DNA from: Atractiella rhizophila
Taxonomy: Eukaryota
Assembly (NCBI GenBank): GCA_021432655.1
Contig: MU271302.1
Coordinates: forward strand, 7,303-71,302
Length of the DNA: 64,000 nt
Reading direction: 5' to 3'
A model generated the notes under the pieces. It saw nothing but the letters and a program-made list of their open reading frames with translations. It made no database searches and was not told where the DNA came from. The translations under genes were made by a program, and so were the position numbers. Shown piece after piece: positions 35,321-49,457 of the stretch; the stretch's first letter is position 1; each line of letters begins with the position of its first letter.

Positions 35321-35855
35321 ATGGTGCGAACCCTTTCTACGATTGAGCAAGTGCGAACTGCAAGTTAGCCTGGAATCTTCCGCCCTCTTGTTGGCTTGGT
35401 TTAGCGGCGACATTAGACTGGTGACGCAGGGGAATTAAGCACATGAGGCTGTTCGTGTTTGCCATTTGTGGGTACCGGAATCTGAAACTTGCCAGTACAC
35501 CCTCCTTGATATTGCTCGATGAAAGTATGCCAAGCGCCTCTTCTCTCCTTCCCCCTCACTCCCATAACGGATAACTCCACAATGCAGCCGCTCGCATAAA
35601 GCGTACGTATCCCCCGCAAGCGCCAGACCCTCAGTTCCCCCCCTCCATCAAGAAATCCAGAGCCTTCGATTCCGTCGATCACCAAGTCCAAGATCCGATA
35701 CTCAAAATACCATTGCACACTCGCGCTTGCTGATGGCGAGAAGGCAGAGAAGCTCAAGCAGAGTCTCCACCCGGGTAAGACCTCTCTTCGCGTTTATAGT
35801 GTTGACCAAAGTTGGAGTGATGGGAGTGATTGGGGAAGAATGGTAAGAAGGAGTG
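35321..35855 (+). pseudogene. RPL38: RPL38 pseudogene (intron-containing duplicate)
   Basis: Colinear with 14593-15168 including introns (GCTGATGGCGAGAAGGCAGAGAAGCTCAAGCAGAGTCTCC). Splice-site loss, indels and a last-exon deletion. Confidence 0.88.
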
Positions 35856-36571
35856 TGTTGTGAGGCTTGTTGGACGGGATTATGTACGTATGCAACTATG
35901 TACATCGATTCATCATATGTTTCGCACCGAGGTGCTGTTACCGAAGAATCTGTGGTCGTTTGGTCGTTTTATCGAGCACACCAGGCGCAAGTCTGGAAGC
36001 TTTACTTTGGTTGATCTCACTCAAACAATGACTCAATCCGGGAAGTGCTTTGCTATCTCCCCAACTTAACGGCAGGGCAGATTTGAGGAACCTTGCATGG
36101 AAGTATTATATACTAGGCAAAGAGCTTGCCTGCTAGGAAGACAAGGGTCGCCAGCTCAGTCCCGAGTTCAATGCACCACTCTTCTTCATTCTTCAACTTA
36201 CATGTAAGGCAACATTAAGAACCTCCAGGCATCCTGTCCTTCCGTCCCATCACGGTTGTTCTTTGAACGACATACATTTAAATTCTCTTACATGCGCGCT
36301 ACCTTTAATCCTTTGGACTCGATCCTAAGAAGAACAAGGGTCCTCATCCCTTTCACCCTCGATTCCAGCGGTGAATGATGCCTCATTTCGAATTCGCGGC
36401 AAGGTGCCACTCTCTGTTGCTCTATGCAGCAGTTGATGGCTGGTATATGGTACAGCCCCAAATCGTCACGATCTAATGGTAGCATGGCGGGAGAAGGCTT
36501 CTGTCGTGTCCACAGAAAGGCGTTAGGTACTGAGAGAGAGAGAGTAACGAGTCCGGAGCCCCATTGTGCTT

Positions 36572-38217
36572 TCACAGCCACTCGTACCCTTCCCCAGGCT
36601 CCCAAATGCCTGACGTCCTGCTGCTTGTGCACTTTGCCACCGCACTCCTCGCAATTGCGATCTCCTCATCGCTCCACTCTCCAAAGAATAAACGAACCTC
36701 AAGATGCCGCTGTATCTCCTCTCCATCAACCCGATCCCCCTTCTCAGCTCCCCTCACCCGCCAATCTCCAAAGAACCAGTGGATGAAGTCTGGGCAGTCG
36801 AACGAGTCCACTACACAGTGCGCCAGCGATATCACCCGTATCACCGTTGCATTTTTGAGGGTGCTGAAGAATTGGCGAGAAACGAGATTTGACGTTTCTT
36901 CGCCCCCATCAAGGATCAGCTTGGTGAGGTGTGTGAGGTGTGAGAAGTTGAGCGGAGTGGGTAGGATGGTCGTCTTTCCATTGGCGGAGAAGGGGGCCAG
37001 CTCGATGTCGACATACTCAAGAAGAGGCGGCAGAGGGTAGTCTGAGATTGAGGAAGGGAGTGGACACATATTGGAGAGTTGGAGGCGCTTGAAGGTGTGT
37101 GGGAGGGAGAGCGATGAGACAGGCGGGCACTTGTCAAGCTTGAGGTATTCGAGGCGAGAGGATAAGTGAAGATCTGCTGAGGCTGAAACGGGAGAGTCTT
37201 CCACATCGTAAACTTTGAGCCGTCTGATCCTGTCACCCATCCTCCGCACAAAGTTCTCGATCTCCTCCTTCCTCCACTTTGTCGAACCCCTCCAAAACAT
37301 GACGTCATCCACCTGTTTCAAGCCTTCGATTGCATTCAACACCATCTTCGCCTCCTCTTCATTCCAAAATGCATGCATCACCACTTCCGTGACATTCGGC
37401 GAGCCTGTGATTACCTCCTTCACCATCTCAACATCCATGCTTTTGTCCAACCACAGCCTGTCCCACAGTCGTCCAGCACCAGGATAGCGTTTCAACCGCT
37501 CATACTTTTCCACCACAGAATCAGGCACACCCCAGTAAGGAGCTGAAACGGTTCTCCAGAGCTGGCACACATTAGAGAGGATGGAAGCGTCGCCGTGGTA
37601 GAAACTGAATATGAGAGAGAGGAGCTCCATAGCTAAGCGCGAGATGGTGCACGGAATAACATCTGCAGGTGGGACAGAGAGTTGGAAGATGATAGCTGTC
37701 TGGAGGGATGGCCGGGATGACGATTCGTCTTCACTGATGGGGTGAAGCCTTCTTGTTCGGAGTATGAGGCTATGTGGGCGAATATGGCATTCTCGCGAAC
37801 GAAAGGAAATGTGCGGGAATATGAATTGCCATATGGAGCAAGCTGGTCGAACTCTGATTTGACATCTCTTTCGACGGTTGAAGCATACTCTTCCACATCC
37901 AAAAAGGTTACTGAGACATGGTCCCAGTTGATGGTAATGTGAAGATTGATTGTACCATCCTTGTTGACCACTTTTTTTACTTGCTCAAGTGATATGGACC
38001 AGAATGTTGAGGGCATATCGTAATACCGCAATTGGGGAGACAAGTCACACGAAATCCGGAGCGTGTGGATTGACGGAGGTAGGTGAGATAAGAAAGAGGG
38101 AAGAATGGAGAGGTGAATCGAATCGGGCTCATCGCTAAGGGTGATGACATGGACAAATGCCCTCGAGTTTGGTTCTTGAGAGCCATTGCAAAGGCCAGCT
38201 GTTTGCTCCTCTGTCAT
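36572..38217 (-). pseudogene. F-box/LRR family copy E, split by one frameshift near 37740
   Basis: ORF 37633-38217 carries MTEEQ and the N-domain; ORF 36572-37630 carries the end of the F-box and the complete LRR region. Confidence 0.78.
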
Positions 38218-39052
38218 TGTTTGAGAAGAGGAAGCAAACTACAACCCATAACCGATGTTAAATCAGACGAAGAAAGCCGAAGTTGCAGACGAAATCCTGC
38301 CTGGGTAATGTCATCCGCAGGGGTTACCCTCCTCCTTACCCTCCTCATCTTGACGGGATCGAAACTGTGACGAAGCTTGACGAGAATGAGCCGAACGTCC
38401 AAACTGTGAGCTGTGAGACCGCCTTGACGAATAGTTCGTGGGAGAATCAAGGTGAAAGGCAAGATCGATGTATCGTTTTGGAGGTTGTGGGATTGAAGGA
38501 CGTTGCCTGCTTTATGTGTGATGTGGAGAACTCGGACCTCAGCAGGACGACCGTCTGGTTCGTGTTGGGCATGGATCAACGACCTTCTTTGATTAATGAA
38601 CAAAGCAATTCAAGCAGAGCAGGCGGAGTGACCTAGATTGGTCAAGTTGGTTAGTGGGCACATCCGTACCTAGTTCCGTGGTTCAATACTCCTGGCTTCC
38701 TACACGCGACCATAGCGAGTTGAGCTACTTCACAACTTGTTCTGAGGAGGAAGAGAAGTATCGATTGAAGCCGCTTTCGTTGAGAGCAGGTGCTGTAGGC
38801 AAGTGGGCTGGCGGAGGACAAAGGAAGGTAGAGGGAGTTGATCCATCGACGTACGAGTGCTCGGAAGAATGTTCAGATGAAATGTTCGCCTTGATCAGGC
38901 TTGAATGGAGGGAGCTCCAGGGGCTACTACACAGGTAAATTGCATGTTGATTGATGTGTTGCTGTCAATGATCTTAAGAGCCAAACAAAACAGTCGGGAG
39001 TCTGATCCAGTAGTTTCAGACGTGTAGCCTGGGTCTGATTGTGCCTTCTACA

Positions 39053-40610
39053 CTACTGCTTCCCCTCCCCAGGCTCCCAAATACCTGGCGTCTTGCCCCA
39101 AATGCCTGACTCGTAGCCCGGGTACTTCCTCATCATGCCCCGCCCAACTTCAATCTCCTCCTGGCTCCACTCTCCAAAGAATAAACGAACCTCAAGATGT
39201 TTCCCTAACTTCTCTCCATCCCCCAGATGACCCTTCTCGATCCCCCTCGCCCGCCAATCCCCAAAGAACCAGCGGATGAAGTCTGGGAAGTCGAACGAAT
39301 CCACCACACAGTACTTGAGTGCTATCCAACATATCGCCTTTGCATTTTTGAGGGTGCTGAATAACGCTGGGGAAACGAGGTTTGACGTTTCTTCGCCCCC
39401 GTCGAGGATCAGCTGAGTGAGGTGTGTGAGGTGTGATAAGTCGAGCGGAGTGGGTAGGATGGAGGTCTTTCCATCAGTGGAGAAGGGATTTGGAGATAGA
39501 ACAGAAGAGGCGGCAAAAGGGTACTCTGAGATGGAAGAAGGGAGTGGACACATAGTGGAGAGTGTGAGGTCCTTGACGGTGCGTGGGAGGGAGAGTGATG
39601 GGACAGGCGGGTACTGATAGAGGTCTAGGTATTCGAGATGAGAAGATAAGTGAAGACCTGCGGAGGCGGAAGCGGGAGAGTCCTCCACGTCATAAGCATT
39701 GAGCCGTCTGATCCTCTCACCCATCCTCCGCACAAAGTTCTCGATCTCCTCCTTCCTCCACTTTCTCGAACCACTCCAAAACATGACGTCATCCACCCGT
39801 TTCAAGCCTTCGATTGCATTTAACACAATCTTCGCCTCCTCTTCATTCCAAAATGCGTGCATTCTCACTGTCGTGACATTCTGCGAGCCTACAATGACCT
39901 TCTTCACCATCCCAACATCCATGCTTTTGTCCCAACCACAGCCTGTCCCACAGACGTCCCGCACTAGGATAGCTTTTCAACAAACTCATACTTTTCCTCC
40001 ACAGAACCAGGTTCACGCCAGTAGGGAACTGCAACGGCCTTCCAGAGCTTGCATACATCAAAAAGGGTGGGAAACATTGTCGAAGAAACTGAATATGAGA
40101 GAGAGGAGCTCCACAGGCAAGGATGAGATTGAGCATGAAGTAATACGTGGAGGTGGAAAAAGAGAGCTGGATGATACTGGCTGTGTTGAGGCGTGGGAAG
40201 GATGGCGAATCGTCGCCACTGACGGGGACGAAGCACTGTTTGTCTTTGGAATATGAGGCTATGGGGGCGAATATAGCATTCTCGCGAACACGAGGAAACA
40301 TGCAAGAATAACAATACTGGTCGCCATGTGAATCACGCAAAAGCTCTTATACCTCTTTTGTCAGCCGACAGCTGCCCTTCAACGTCCAAAAAGGTTGCTG
40401 TGACATTTTCGCCGTTGACAGTAAAGCGAAGATTGATTGCACCATCCTTGTCAACCGCATTCTCGACCCGTTCAAGTGATAAATTGGATAATGTTGAGGG
40501 CATTCGCAGAGTCCAGTCGATTGAACGAGAAAGGACAAACGAAATCCGGAGCGTGTGAGCCGACGGAGGCAGGCGAGATAGAAAAGACGGAAGAATGGAG
40601 AGGGGGGGGA
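39053..40610 (-). pseudogene. F-box/LRR family copy F, multiple frameshifts, 5' end deleted
   Basis: The 303-aa ORF holds the LRR and C-terminus; the F-box and N-domain lie in shifting frames at 39960-40600. Confidence 0.82.
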
Positions 40611-43219
40611 TGAAGGAGTTGCGATGTTTGCACCATTTGGTAGAGTAGAAGGCCTTGACGAGGAACTATCAGTCTCAGTTTGGGTTTGAGAGAAGTGTGT
40701 TCGCAAGATATTGGAGTCTGAACTACTCACAAACGACATCTAGCAAATTGCTCCCTGTTCCCTCTTCGTTTTCTCTGTCTTCCCCTTCGCCTTCATCAAT
40801 GTGTCCCTAACCACCACTCAGTAGACTTCGTCAGTTTCTAAATCCATCTAGTAGCAGCGCAACAGCAATGCAGACCTGGATAAGAAGATGACAATCCCAC
40901 GAAAGATGACACTCCAACCCAATGGATGACAAAAGGGAGTTCGCGCTGGAATATGAATGTTTTATAACCTCCGATCGGAATCGTGATAAGGGCTATTGCC
41001 TGAGTTCAGATGGCATTGTTGGAGGATGGAGCTGTTTCGTGCTTTGACATACGTCGATATGCGAGTAGCATCAATCGAACCTTGAATGGCAGCGGGAAGC
41101 GTTAGATGGGCCATCTTTCGAATCGCCTTCGGATGAGCCGTTTGCCAGCGCCGAAGTGCAGCCACTGTCATCAATCTCCACTTGTCCTACGAAAGGAACC
41201 CGTACAAACCTCGTCTTTTGATGCTCCCATCTTATCGCATATGCGAATATCATGGTGGAAGCCAGCACTGCTGACGAGAAGGTGAGGGTCGTCCTCTTTT
41301 GGAAAACGCGCCAGAGATTCGAAAATATCAGCTCCTGCGTCCTGCTCCATCGCATCGCATGGGATCAGCGTTGTGAACGCGAAAGAGTGTAAAGGAAGGG
41401 AGACTGACAACAAAGTAGATTAGTGTTACCTTCCGGTTCCATCTCTTCGTCAACCAGGGTGCCACTCAATCGTTATGTCATCAATCACGCTCGCTAGTAC
41501 TGTTCATTCCGAAAGAAGCAGCCGCCAATGCTGCATTGGTTCTCTTCCATGCCACCTCCCATCTCGACTTCCTTTCCTTCTTGATACCCTTCTTCAATCC
41601 ATCCTCCTCTTCCCATCGTCCCATTTCCTCGACATAACCTCTCCATCCCAACACCTCCTCCCACTTTCCACGAATTCACCCTCCTCCTCCTCAATTCCGG
41701 AATCCCGCCCGTCACTCTCCTAATAAAGACATTAGAGAATGAGGAAGCCGTTTCCCGAATGGTTCCAGCGAGCCAGCTGGGAGAAGTCGGGGAGATGAAT
41801 GGCGAAAGCGAAAGTGGATGGCTCGACGTGTCCCTCGCCAAGTTGTCAAAGTCGAAGGAGGGGAGGATAGGGGAGGGGCAGGATTTCTGGTGGACGGGGA
41901 CGGGTTGAGGAGAGAGGTCGTCATACAAATGTCCTACAGAGAAACTGGGGATTAGTTACGCGATATCCTGCAGGCGAAAGAGCAGACAGACGGTATGTGG
42001 TGCGGTGTTGTCCACTCCAATCCACCATTCGCCGTTCCTACGGTCCTCACCTCCTCCTCCTCAGCACAGCTCCTTCAAACAAAAACCTGCCCGCCCCCTC
42101 TTATGCGTTCTCCCTCACCAAGCCCACCTCGACCAGTCCCTCCATCTCTGCCATCTTCAAACCGACTTGTTGGCAAGACTGCACCACTACCTGGACAAAA
42201 GCGAAGGAGGAACGAGAGGGAAGAGGGGGAGAGATCCTGTGGCATTCGCTCGCTCGGTGCGAGTAGATCCGCTTCGTGCACGCGCTGGGAGCATCTGCGG
42301 TACGTCGCGTGTTGCACGACAGGAGCGAAAGCGAATGCGAAGGGGACGGCATAGAAGGTGCAGGATTGAGGATAAGATTTGGGTGTGGAGAGAGCGGTGA
42401 TTGATGAGGAGCCGAAGAGTGCTTCGTATTTGCCTGGGGGAGAGTGGATTGAGATCTAGAGGTGGGAGGAACGAGAGGAGCTGTGCGGTTTGGGAGCAGA
42501 TGAGAGAATGACTGCAGTGGAACAAGATGCAGTTTGGACGGTCGGGCGGCGCGGTTGTGTGGAGCGGATGGTGGGCTAGCGGGAGGCTGGCATGAGAAAT
42601 ATGAGGAGGGAGCGCCTCCGGTTCAAGCCATGTCCGGTTGCAGTGACGTAATCGATGTTTGATGTTTTGCTTTGCATCTCATCATTCGAGTTAGCCGCTC
42701 CATTCATCTCCGTCCCGCCTCGATGTTCACTCCGGCTTCCATCCTACCCATGCAACTTCTCGTTCTCCTTCCAACTCCTTCCCCGTAATCCTGACTCTAA
42801 CGCCGCACTCGTCCCGCAGACTCCGAGAGGTTCTTCTGTCAGGCGCGAGGAAGGAAGAATGGCCGGAGGTGTTCGATGTGATGAAGGTAGGTGTAGGGGG
42901 TTGAGAAGGACATGTTCAGAAGTCGCTAGAGAAGTTGAAGTTGAACTCCGAACAGAATGTGACCAAGTTCACGTCCAACGCGTCGAGGGCCTGTCTTCAG
43001 AAAGGAGTCGTGATTAGGAGGGTCAGTCATATATTAGGCCGAAGAACGTGAAAGCCTGTCGCATTGTTGAAGCTGGAGTAGGCGGGAGAGCCAGTTTGGA
43101 GAGTTACCAATCTCTGGCTCTTTGTCGTACTTCTTTTCCTCCACCTTTTTATCAGTGGTATTCCATGTTGCGGCTTTGTATCATTCAAGTTGTTGGGACC
43201 TCGAAAATCAAGTTGTAAG

Positions 43220-46200
43220 TGTTGTTATTGTAGAATGGGAATGAAATTCTTCACTGTTTTACAGGTTTTATATACTTTGTAAGACATTATTGAAAGTTAA
43301 GATAAAGAAAAACGCGAGAACTGGTGGCAAAAAGGAACATTCTAGAATTACCACTCAAGTGAGATGGCAGGATGAATCATGAACGACCCCCTCAGACTGC
43401 CATCAATCCCATCTCTTCGCAAAACTTCTCCACCTTCTGTCTTGGTAACGCTTTCGTAAAGATGTCCGCAAGGTTTTCTTGTGTGGGGATGTACGCGACT
43501 GATATAGCTCGTGTCTCGACTTGATTGCGGATGAAATGATGGATGATATCGACATATTTCGTGCTTCGGTGGAATTCTGGGTTGTGAGCGAGAGCAATGG
43601 CTCCTTGATTGTCGCAGAAAAGTGTCGTAGGCTTGTTGTTTTGGATTCCTAGGTCCGTAAATAGCTTTCGAAGCCAAATAGCTTCACAGGCGGCATGCGA
43701 GAGGGCGACATACTCAGCTTCCGTTGTTGAAAGTGCTGTCGTAGTCTGTTTCTTTGCAGACCAGGATATTGCACCCCCTGAAAGTAAATAAGCATATCCT
43801 GAGATAGCCTTCCTCCCATTTGCTTCACTTGAATTTCCATCTGCATCTGTAAATCCTACAGCTTTGTCAATTTCGCCTCCATCTCCTCCATAAACGAGAG
43901 AATAGTCCTTTGTGGACTTAAGGTACTGAAAAATGCGTTTGACCGCCGTCCTGTGAGTTGAGCTTGGGTTTGAGGAGAACTGTGATAGGGTTTGGACAGC
44001 AAATGCGATGTCGGGGCATGTAGCAATTGCATCGTACATTAGAGAGCCGATAGCTGCTTGATACAGCCTCTGGGCTTCGGGATTGACTTCCCTTTCATTG
44101 GGGAGTAGCTTGGTGTTTGTGTCGAGAGGGGTGGACACTGGCTTGGCATCCTGCAATCAGTATTTCGTGATGATTTGATTGATGTAGTTGGCTTGGGAAA
44201 GTGTAATGGTTCTGTCCTGGTGATTACATGTGATTTGAATCCCAAGGAGTTGAACTCCTTCTCCTTGATCTGTTGCATCGAAGGTTTGTTGGATGGCCAT
44301 CTTAACTTCTGCTATCTCATCGTCATCGTTTCCAACAATCATAAGGACATCCACCCAAACAACAATGATAACAATCTCTCCTCCTCACATAAACACAGTA
44401 GTCCGCATTTGATCTCCTGAATCCGAGCTCCATTAGAGCTTTATTAAGACGGACATTCCAGATTCGCCCTGACTGTTTCAGTCCATAAAGTCCTTTGACG
44501 AGTTTGAAGACCTTTCCTGAGCCATCATCGAAACCAGGAGGTTGCTTCATGTAGAGGTTAAGCTCCTCCTCTAAATCTCCATTCAAGTAAGCTCCTACTA
44601 CATCCATAAGGTGTATCTTCCAGCCATTGGCTGCTGCAAGTGTGATGATTGCTCGCAAAGACTCCATTCGAGCAACTGGGGCAAATGTTTGATTGAAATC
44701 TTGCCCAGGGATTTGGCTAAATCCCTGTGCTACAAGTCTTGCTTTGTAGCGCTTTACCCGTCCTTCTTCATCTCTCTTTCGACGGAAGACCCACTTAGCC
44801 CCTATGGCTTTTCGATCTTTCGGCAACTCCACCAATTCTTTCTCCCAGGTTCCATAATTTTCTAACTCGTTAATCTCATCTTCCATTGCCTCCTCCCATT
44901 GTTTAGATTCATTAGATTCCTTTGCTTCTTCATGACTGGTAGGGTCGTCGCTTGAGGTGATCGAAGTTGCGAAGGCAAATGCGAAGTTGACGGCCGTATC
45001 CGTTGGAGGTAAATTTAGTTCTGGTGCAGTCGTCGACGAAGTCGTTGATTTTGTTTGTGATTTTGGTCTTGCCTTTCCATAGTTCAAGGTATAGTAGTCC
45101 ACTGCAGGCCTGCTCGCTTTCCTAACCCTGATTCATAGGTCTCGATTCTTGGTCTCACACCTTCATTTGGTTGAGGTTCAGGCTTCGGGAGTGGTTCTGG
45201 AGCTGAGGGTGTTACTCGAGCATTTTCTGCTGCTGGTGCATCTTTTCCTTGATCTTCTTCACTTGGGTGAGAGGTGTCTGTAGTGATTTCAACTTCTTTT
45301 GGTTCTTCTTTGGCAAAGATGTTGTTTCGTGATACGAGTATCTTTCCATTCTTTGGATTGAAATAGTGGATTGCCTTTGGTCCGTCCTCATACCCTACAA
45401 AGATGACTTTGATTGACTTGGGGTCTAGTTTGGATCGTTCATTTTCTCATCAAGGACCCATACATCCATTCCAAACTCCTGGAGATGCTCGACTGTTGGT
45501 CTCTGGGTGGTCCATGCTTCGTGTGGGGTTTCATCCTTTAGGGCTCATGTGATGGAGCGATTTCTAAGGTAAGCAGCATATCTTACTGCTTCAGCCCACA
45601 GTTTAAGACTGAGATTTTTCACAATCAGCATTGCCCGTGCGAGTTCAATTAGAGTGCGGTTCATGCATTCCTCCACTCCGAGTTGTTGATGCGAGTGCGG
45701 TGCGGTGAGTTCTAGCTTTCTTCCTTTCTCTCTTTCTAGCCAGTCTTTGACTTTTTCGTTTAGATATTCTGTTCCCCTATCGACTCGAATGCGCTTTGGG
45801 GTCCGCTCGTACTTTCGTTCGACGAGGTTGATATATGAGTGGATGCGCTGGAGCACTTGTTCTTTCATTGACATGAAGAGGACCGTTGTGCGGCACATAC
45901 AGTCATCCGTAAATGAGACCCGCGACGGTCCCCAAACATCAGAGTATGTAAGTTGGCTGGGTGTTTCTGATCTCGTTGACGCTTCGTGTGGATAGGCTCC
46001 ATGTACCTGCTTTGCTTGGATACAGGCTTCGCACTGCGAAGGTGAGCTCTTTTCATCTACGGTCATTCCATCAACTAATCCCTTCTTGTGCAGCTCTTCC
46101 AGTGTCTTTGTGTTGATGTGGCCAAATGCACGGTGCCATTCGTCCCACGTTCGTGCTGGTTTCTCTGCTGCTGCAATCGCCTTTTCACCCCCTCGTTCTA

Positions 46201-47791
46201 TACTTTGAAGTAGGTACAGGTTTCCCTTCTTTATTCCTTCTCCTAGCAACTGATCACTCTTGCTTACCAGTTGTACTTTTCCTCCTCTGAAGACAGCCTT
46301 GCCGCCTGCGTTGTCGAGTCTACTGGAGAGAACGTTGTTTGGTGCTGAAGGTATATAGAGGGTGTCCTTTAGTGTGTTGACGATGATCTGACCACCGACT
46401 TTGATAGCCAGTTTGTATGTTCCGCGCACAGTTGCCTTGATAGGTGTTTCGGAGAAACCATGTATCTTGAAGTTTGATAAAGGTACGCATGTTTCCTCTA
46501 TGAAACCGTTGCGATCATTAGTGATGTGTGAGGTAGTTCCAGAGTCGGCTAGCCATGTGGTCTTAGGGAGCAAGCCATCAAAGTGGTCTTGCGCGTGGTA
46601 TGCTGAGTCAGCGAGGCGTCGTTGAGGTTTGAGGTTCCTGAGGCTTGGTAAGCCTTTTACCTCTTCCCTCTTCCCTCTTCCCTCTTCCGAAATTCCTTGG
46701 TTTCTGACCTCCCTTTCCTCCTCCCTTAGCCCAGCACTCTGCTTTCATGTGCCCTTTCTTATGGCAGTTGAAGCATTCGACGTCGGATCTGTCTCCGCCG
46801 CTTCCTGCTTTCGGTTTCACCATCCTCTTTCCTTTCGCAAATAACGCTGTCTCTAGCGCTCCCAACTTCTCCTTCCTACACCTCTCCTCTTCAATCAGTA
46901 GTGCCGATAGTTCATAGGAAGAGAGAGTTGGTTTGTTGGAGTTGGCGCCGAAATAAGCGGACGTGAAAGTGTCCCAAGATTCAGGAAGGGACGTGATCAG
47001 GAGGAATGCGAAATCCTCATCTTTGAGGGTATCCCCCTTCAAGGCAAGTTCTTCTTGAACTCCTCTGAATGCGGAGATGTGTTCCACCATGCTGAATCCT
47101 TCCTCAGCATACGAGCGATATAACTGCCCGCCTTGCAGCTAGGATCCCCATGATCCCTTTCGCCTCTTTCACCGCGCACAGCTGTTTCCACATATCCGCC
47201 ACCGCCTTCGCTCCCGCCAAATGGATCAACTCGCTGTCCGAAATTGTCAGCTCGATTCTTGTTTGGGCCTTCAAGTCCTCGGCGTCCCATGCGTCTAGCG
47301 CGTCTTGATTCGCAATGGTGTCGTCTTGGGCATCTTCACCTTTCACCACTTCAGGTGTAGGTCTTTTCTTCTTTCCAATGACATAGTCTAACAAGTCAAG
47401 TTCTCGTAGGACCGCCATGATGTGTCGTTTGTACGCCACCCAGTTATTCGACTTGAGCAGCTCGATCTTGAATGCATTGAAGGACTCGGACATGGTTGCG
47501 TGGGGCTGCTAGCGGGGATTGGTGCGTGGGTGCGCTGTTTCTTTCATGGTTAGTTGGTAGGGTGCCATTTCGTGTTATTGGCTTGTTGGGCTCATAACCT
47601 GTTGTTATTGTAGAATAGGAAATGGGAATGAAATTCTTCAGTGTTTTACAAGTTTTATATACTTTGTAAGACATTATTCTAGAATCTACAAGAAAGTTAA
47701 GATAAAGAAAAACGCCAGAACTGGTGGCAAAAAGGAATGTTCTAGAATTGCCACTCAAGTGAGATGGCAGGATGAATCATGAACGACAACA
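43220..47791 (-). mobile_element. Ty1/copia LTR retrotransposon, full-length but inactivated
   Basis: LTRs at 43220-43387 and 47600-47791, TSD GTAAG on both sides, PBS GGTTATGAGCCC. Domain order gag (CFNCHKKGHMKAEC), protease (WLADSGTTSH), GAG-pre-integrase (WHRAFGH), integrase, RT (YKARLVAQGFSQ, LYGLKQSGRIW), RNase H (ALSTTEAEY, NLADIFTKAL). Several frameshifts. Confidence 0.96.
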
Positions 47792-47869
47792 GTAAGCAAT
47801 ATTTGGACTTTGAAAACGGACAATTGATGGAACAGAATGATCACGCGGCTCGCAGATCGTCATCGGCAT

Positions 47870-49260
47870 TAGGGATGCACAACGTGGTGTGGCGTGGTGT
47901 GTGTAGGGGGCAGCGTGAGCTTTGTCACGTCAAGTGAATGCGGGGGGTACGGGAGAAGTGTTCCATTCGCTGAGTCGCACGTCAAAGGTGGCCGTAACAG
48001 GTTTGTAGCCGGCAAACGCCTCATGTCTTGTAATAACATGCAATGTTGACATTACTGGGCTAGATAATGTAAAATAAAGCACGTTGAGTGAAGCTGAGAA
48101 GTCAAGATGTGAATGTACGTATAAAGAACTTTTCAACCTGCTCAACTTGAAGTTCCTTTCGCAATGGCAGCCAGGTCTGCCTTTAGTTTCTTTGCCTTTC
48201 GATCTCTCTCCAATCATAGCTGAGCCTTAAGAACCATGAGAGATTGAATAGTGTTGGGCTTGAGGCGTGTGCGGCAGATCCCTATCGTATCTCATGCTCC
48301 GCTGAAGATGCATTCCACAGCTACCGAACAGCCTAAAAATGAATAATCAGCCTCAGAATTGAAGAAGAAGATGAATGAAGGAAACCCAAACCAGGAATGG
48401 ACAGAATATCCCTTGCCATTTGAGACCACTCCTTCAAATCTGTTTTCGACCTCGTGCGATAGATTTCCAGAGGATCCTCCATCCAGACCAGCGGAGGGAG
48501 ACTAAACCAGATATTTGGTTAATGAGATTTTGGCTTGGGTCTAAAGTGTCCCCAATCACACAAGAGTGAGCATGATCAAGTAGATTGTAATGTGATTGGG
48601 GAGAGAAGAAGAAATTCATCGTGACCCTCTTTTAAGACCGGACTTGCAGTGAAGTGTCACATCAGAACACCCAGCAAATACGGCACCCGCATGTCGGTTC
48701 CTCCATCCTTTCTCCTTCCAACATGGTTGCAAGTCCTCATCCTCTTGAAACGCCTTCATACGCTGATTAGCCTTCTGCGTAAGTTTGCTGAATACCAGAG
48801 TGTTGCTACCGTTTTGTACTGTCAAGCTGTGATGGTGCGGAAGAACAAGAGTTGTCGGAGGAAGATGGTTTGCTGCCTTCTGTCGACACTTTGGGATCAA
48901 CACTTAAATGGAGCACTGGAGCAACTGAGGCGAGACTAGTCAGAAGAAGGTTCTGGTCTTACATTGGACAGGCACCAGGTGTACAAAGGAACCTCTAACT
49001 TCTCGTTCTTGATGAGCTAGCCAACCTGGCCTGGTTGACTAAAAGATCTTACATAAATTGCACAACTATAGAAATCTGGAGCCACCTTAGGAGACGTGTT
49101 GGCGTACGAAGATGGGAACACTCCTTCATGTCTGCTGCATGTCTTCCCGTCCCGTCAAAAATGTGTGCGGTTCGAGACATGTTTAGTGAGCTCCACGCAT
49201 GCCAAAAAAGACGGGAACAAAGCATGGGTTCCGGACCCGTCACGCCCCGTTGTGCATCCA
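47870..49260. mobile_element. Probable non-autonomous hAT-type element
   Basis: Left end TAGGGATGCACAACG; inverted counterpart CGTTGTGCATCC at ~49248-49259; subterminal CCCGTC/GACGGG motifs. No clean TSD. Confidence 0.6.
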
Positions 49261-49457
49261 TTCTCATATCGTATGAGAGACAATACGAAGAGATGGTCAA
49301 GAGCATGCTACACAGGATGGGGAGAGCAACCTCCTTCCGGTGTATCGAAGCGAGTTCGATCGTAGATGTGAAGCTGAAAGAGGTACAGACAATGGAGGTT
49401 TTGAATGGAAGGGACGCGACAGTTGCAGCAAACGCAATGTCCATTTGCACACTTCAA

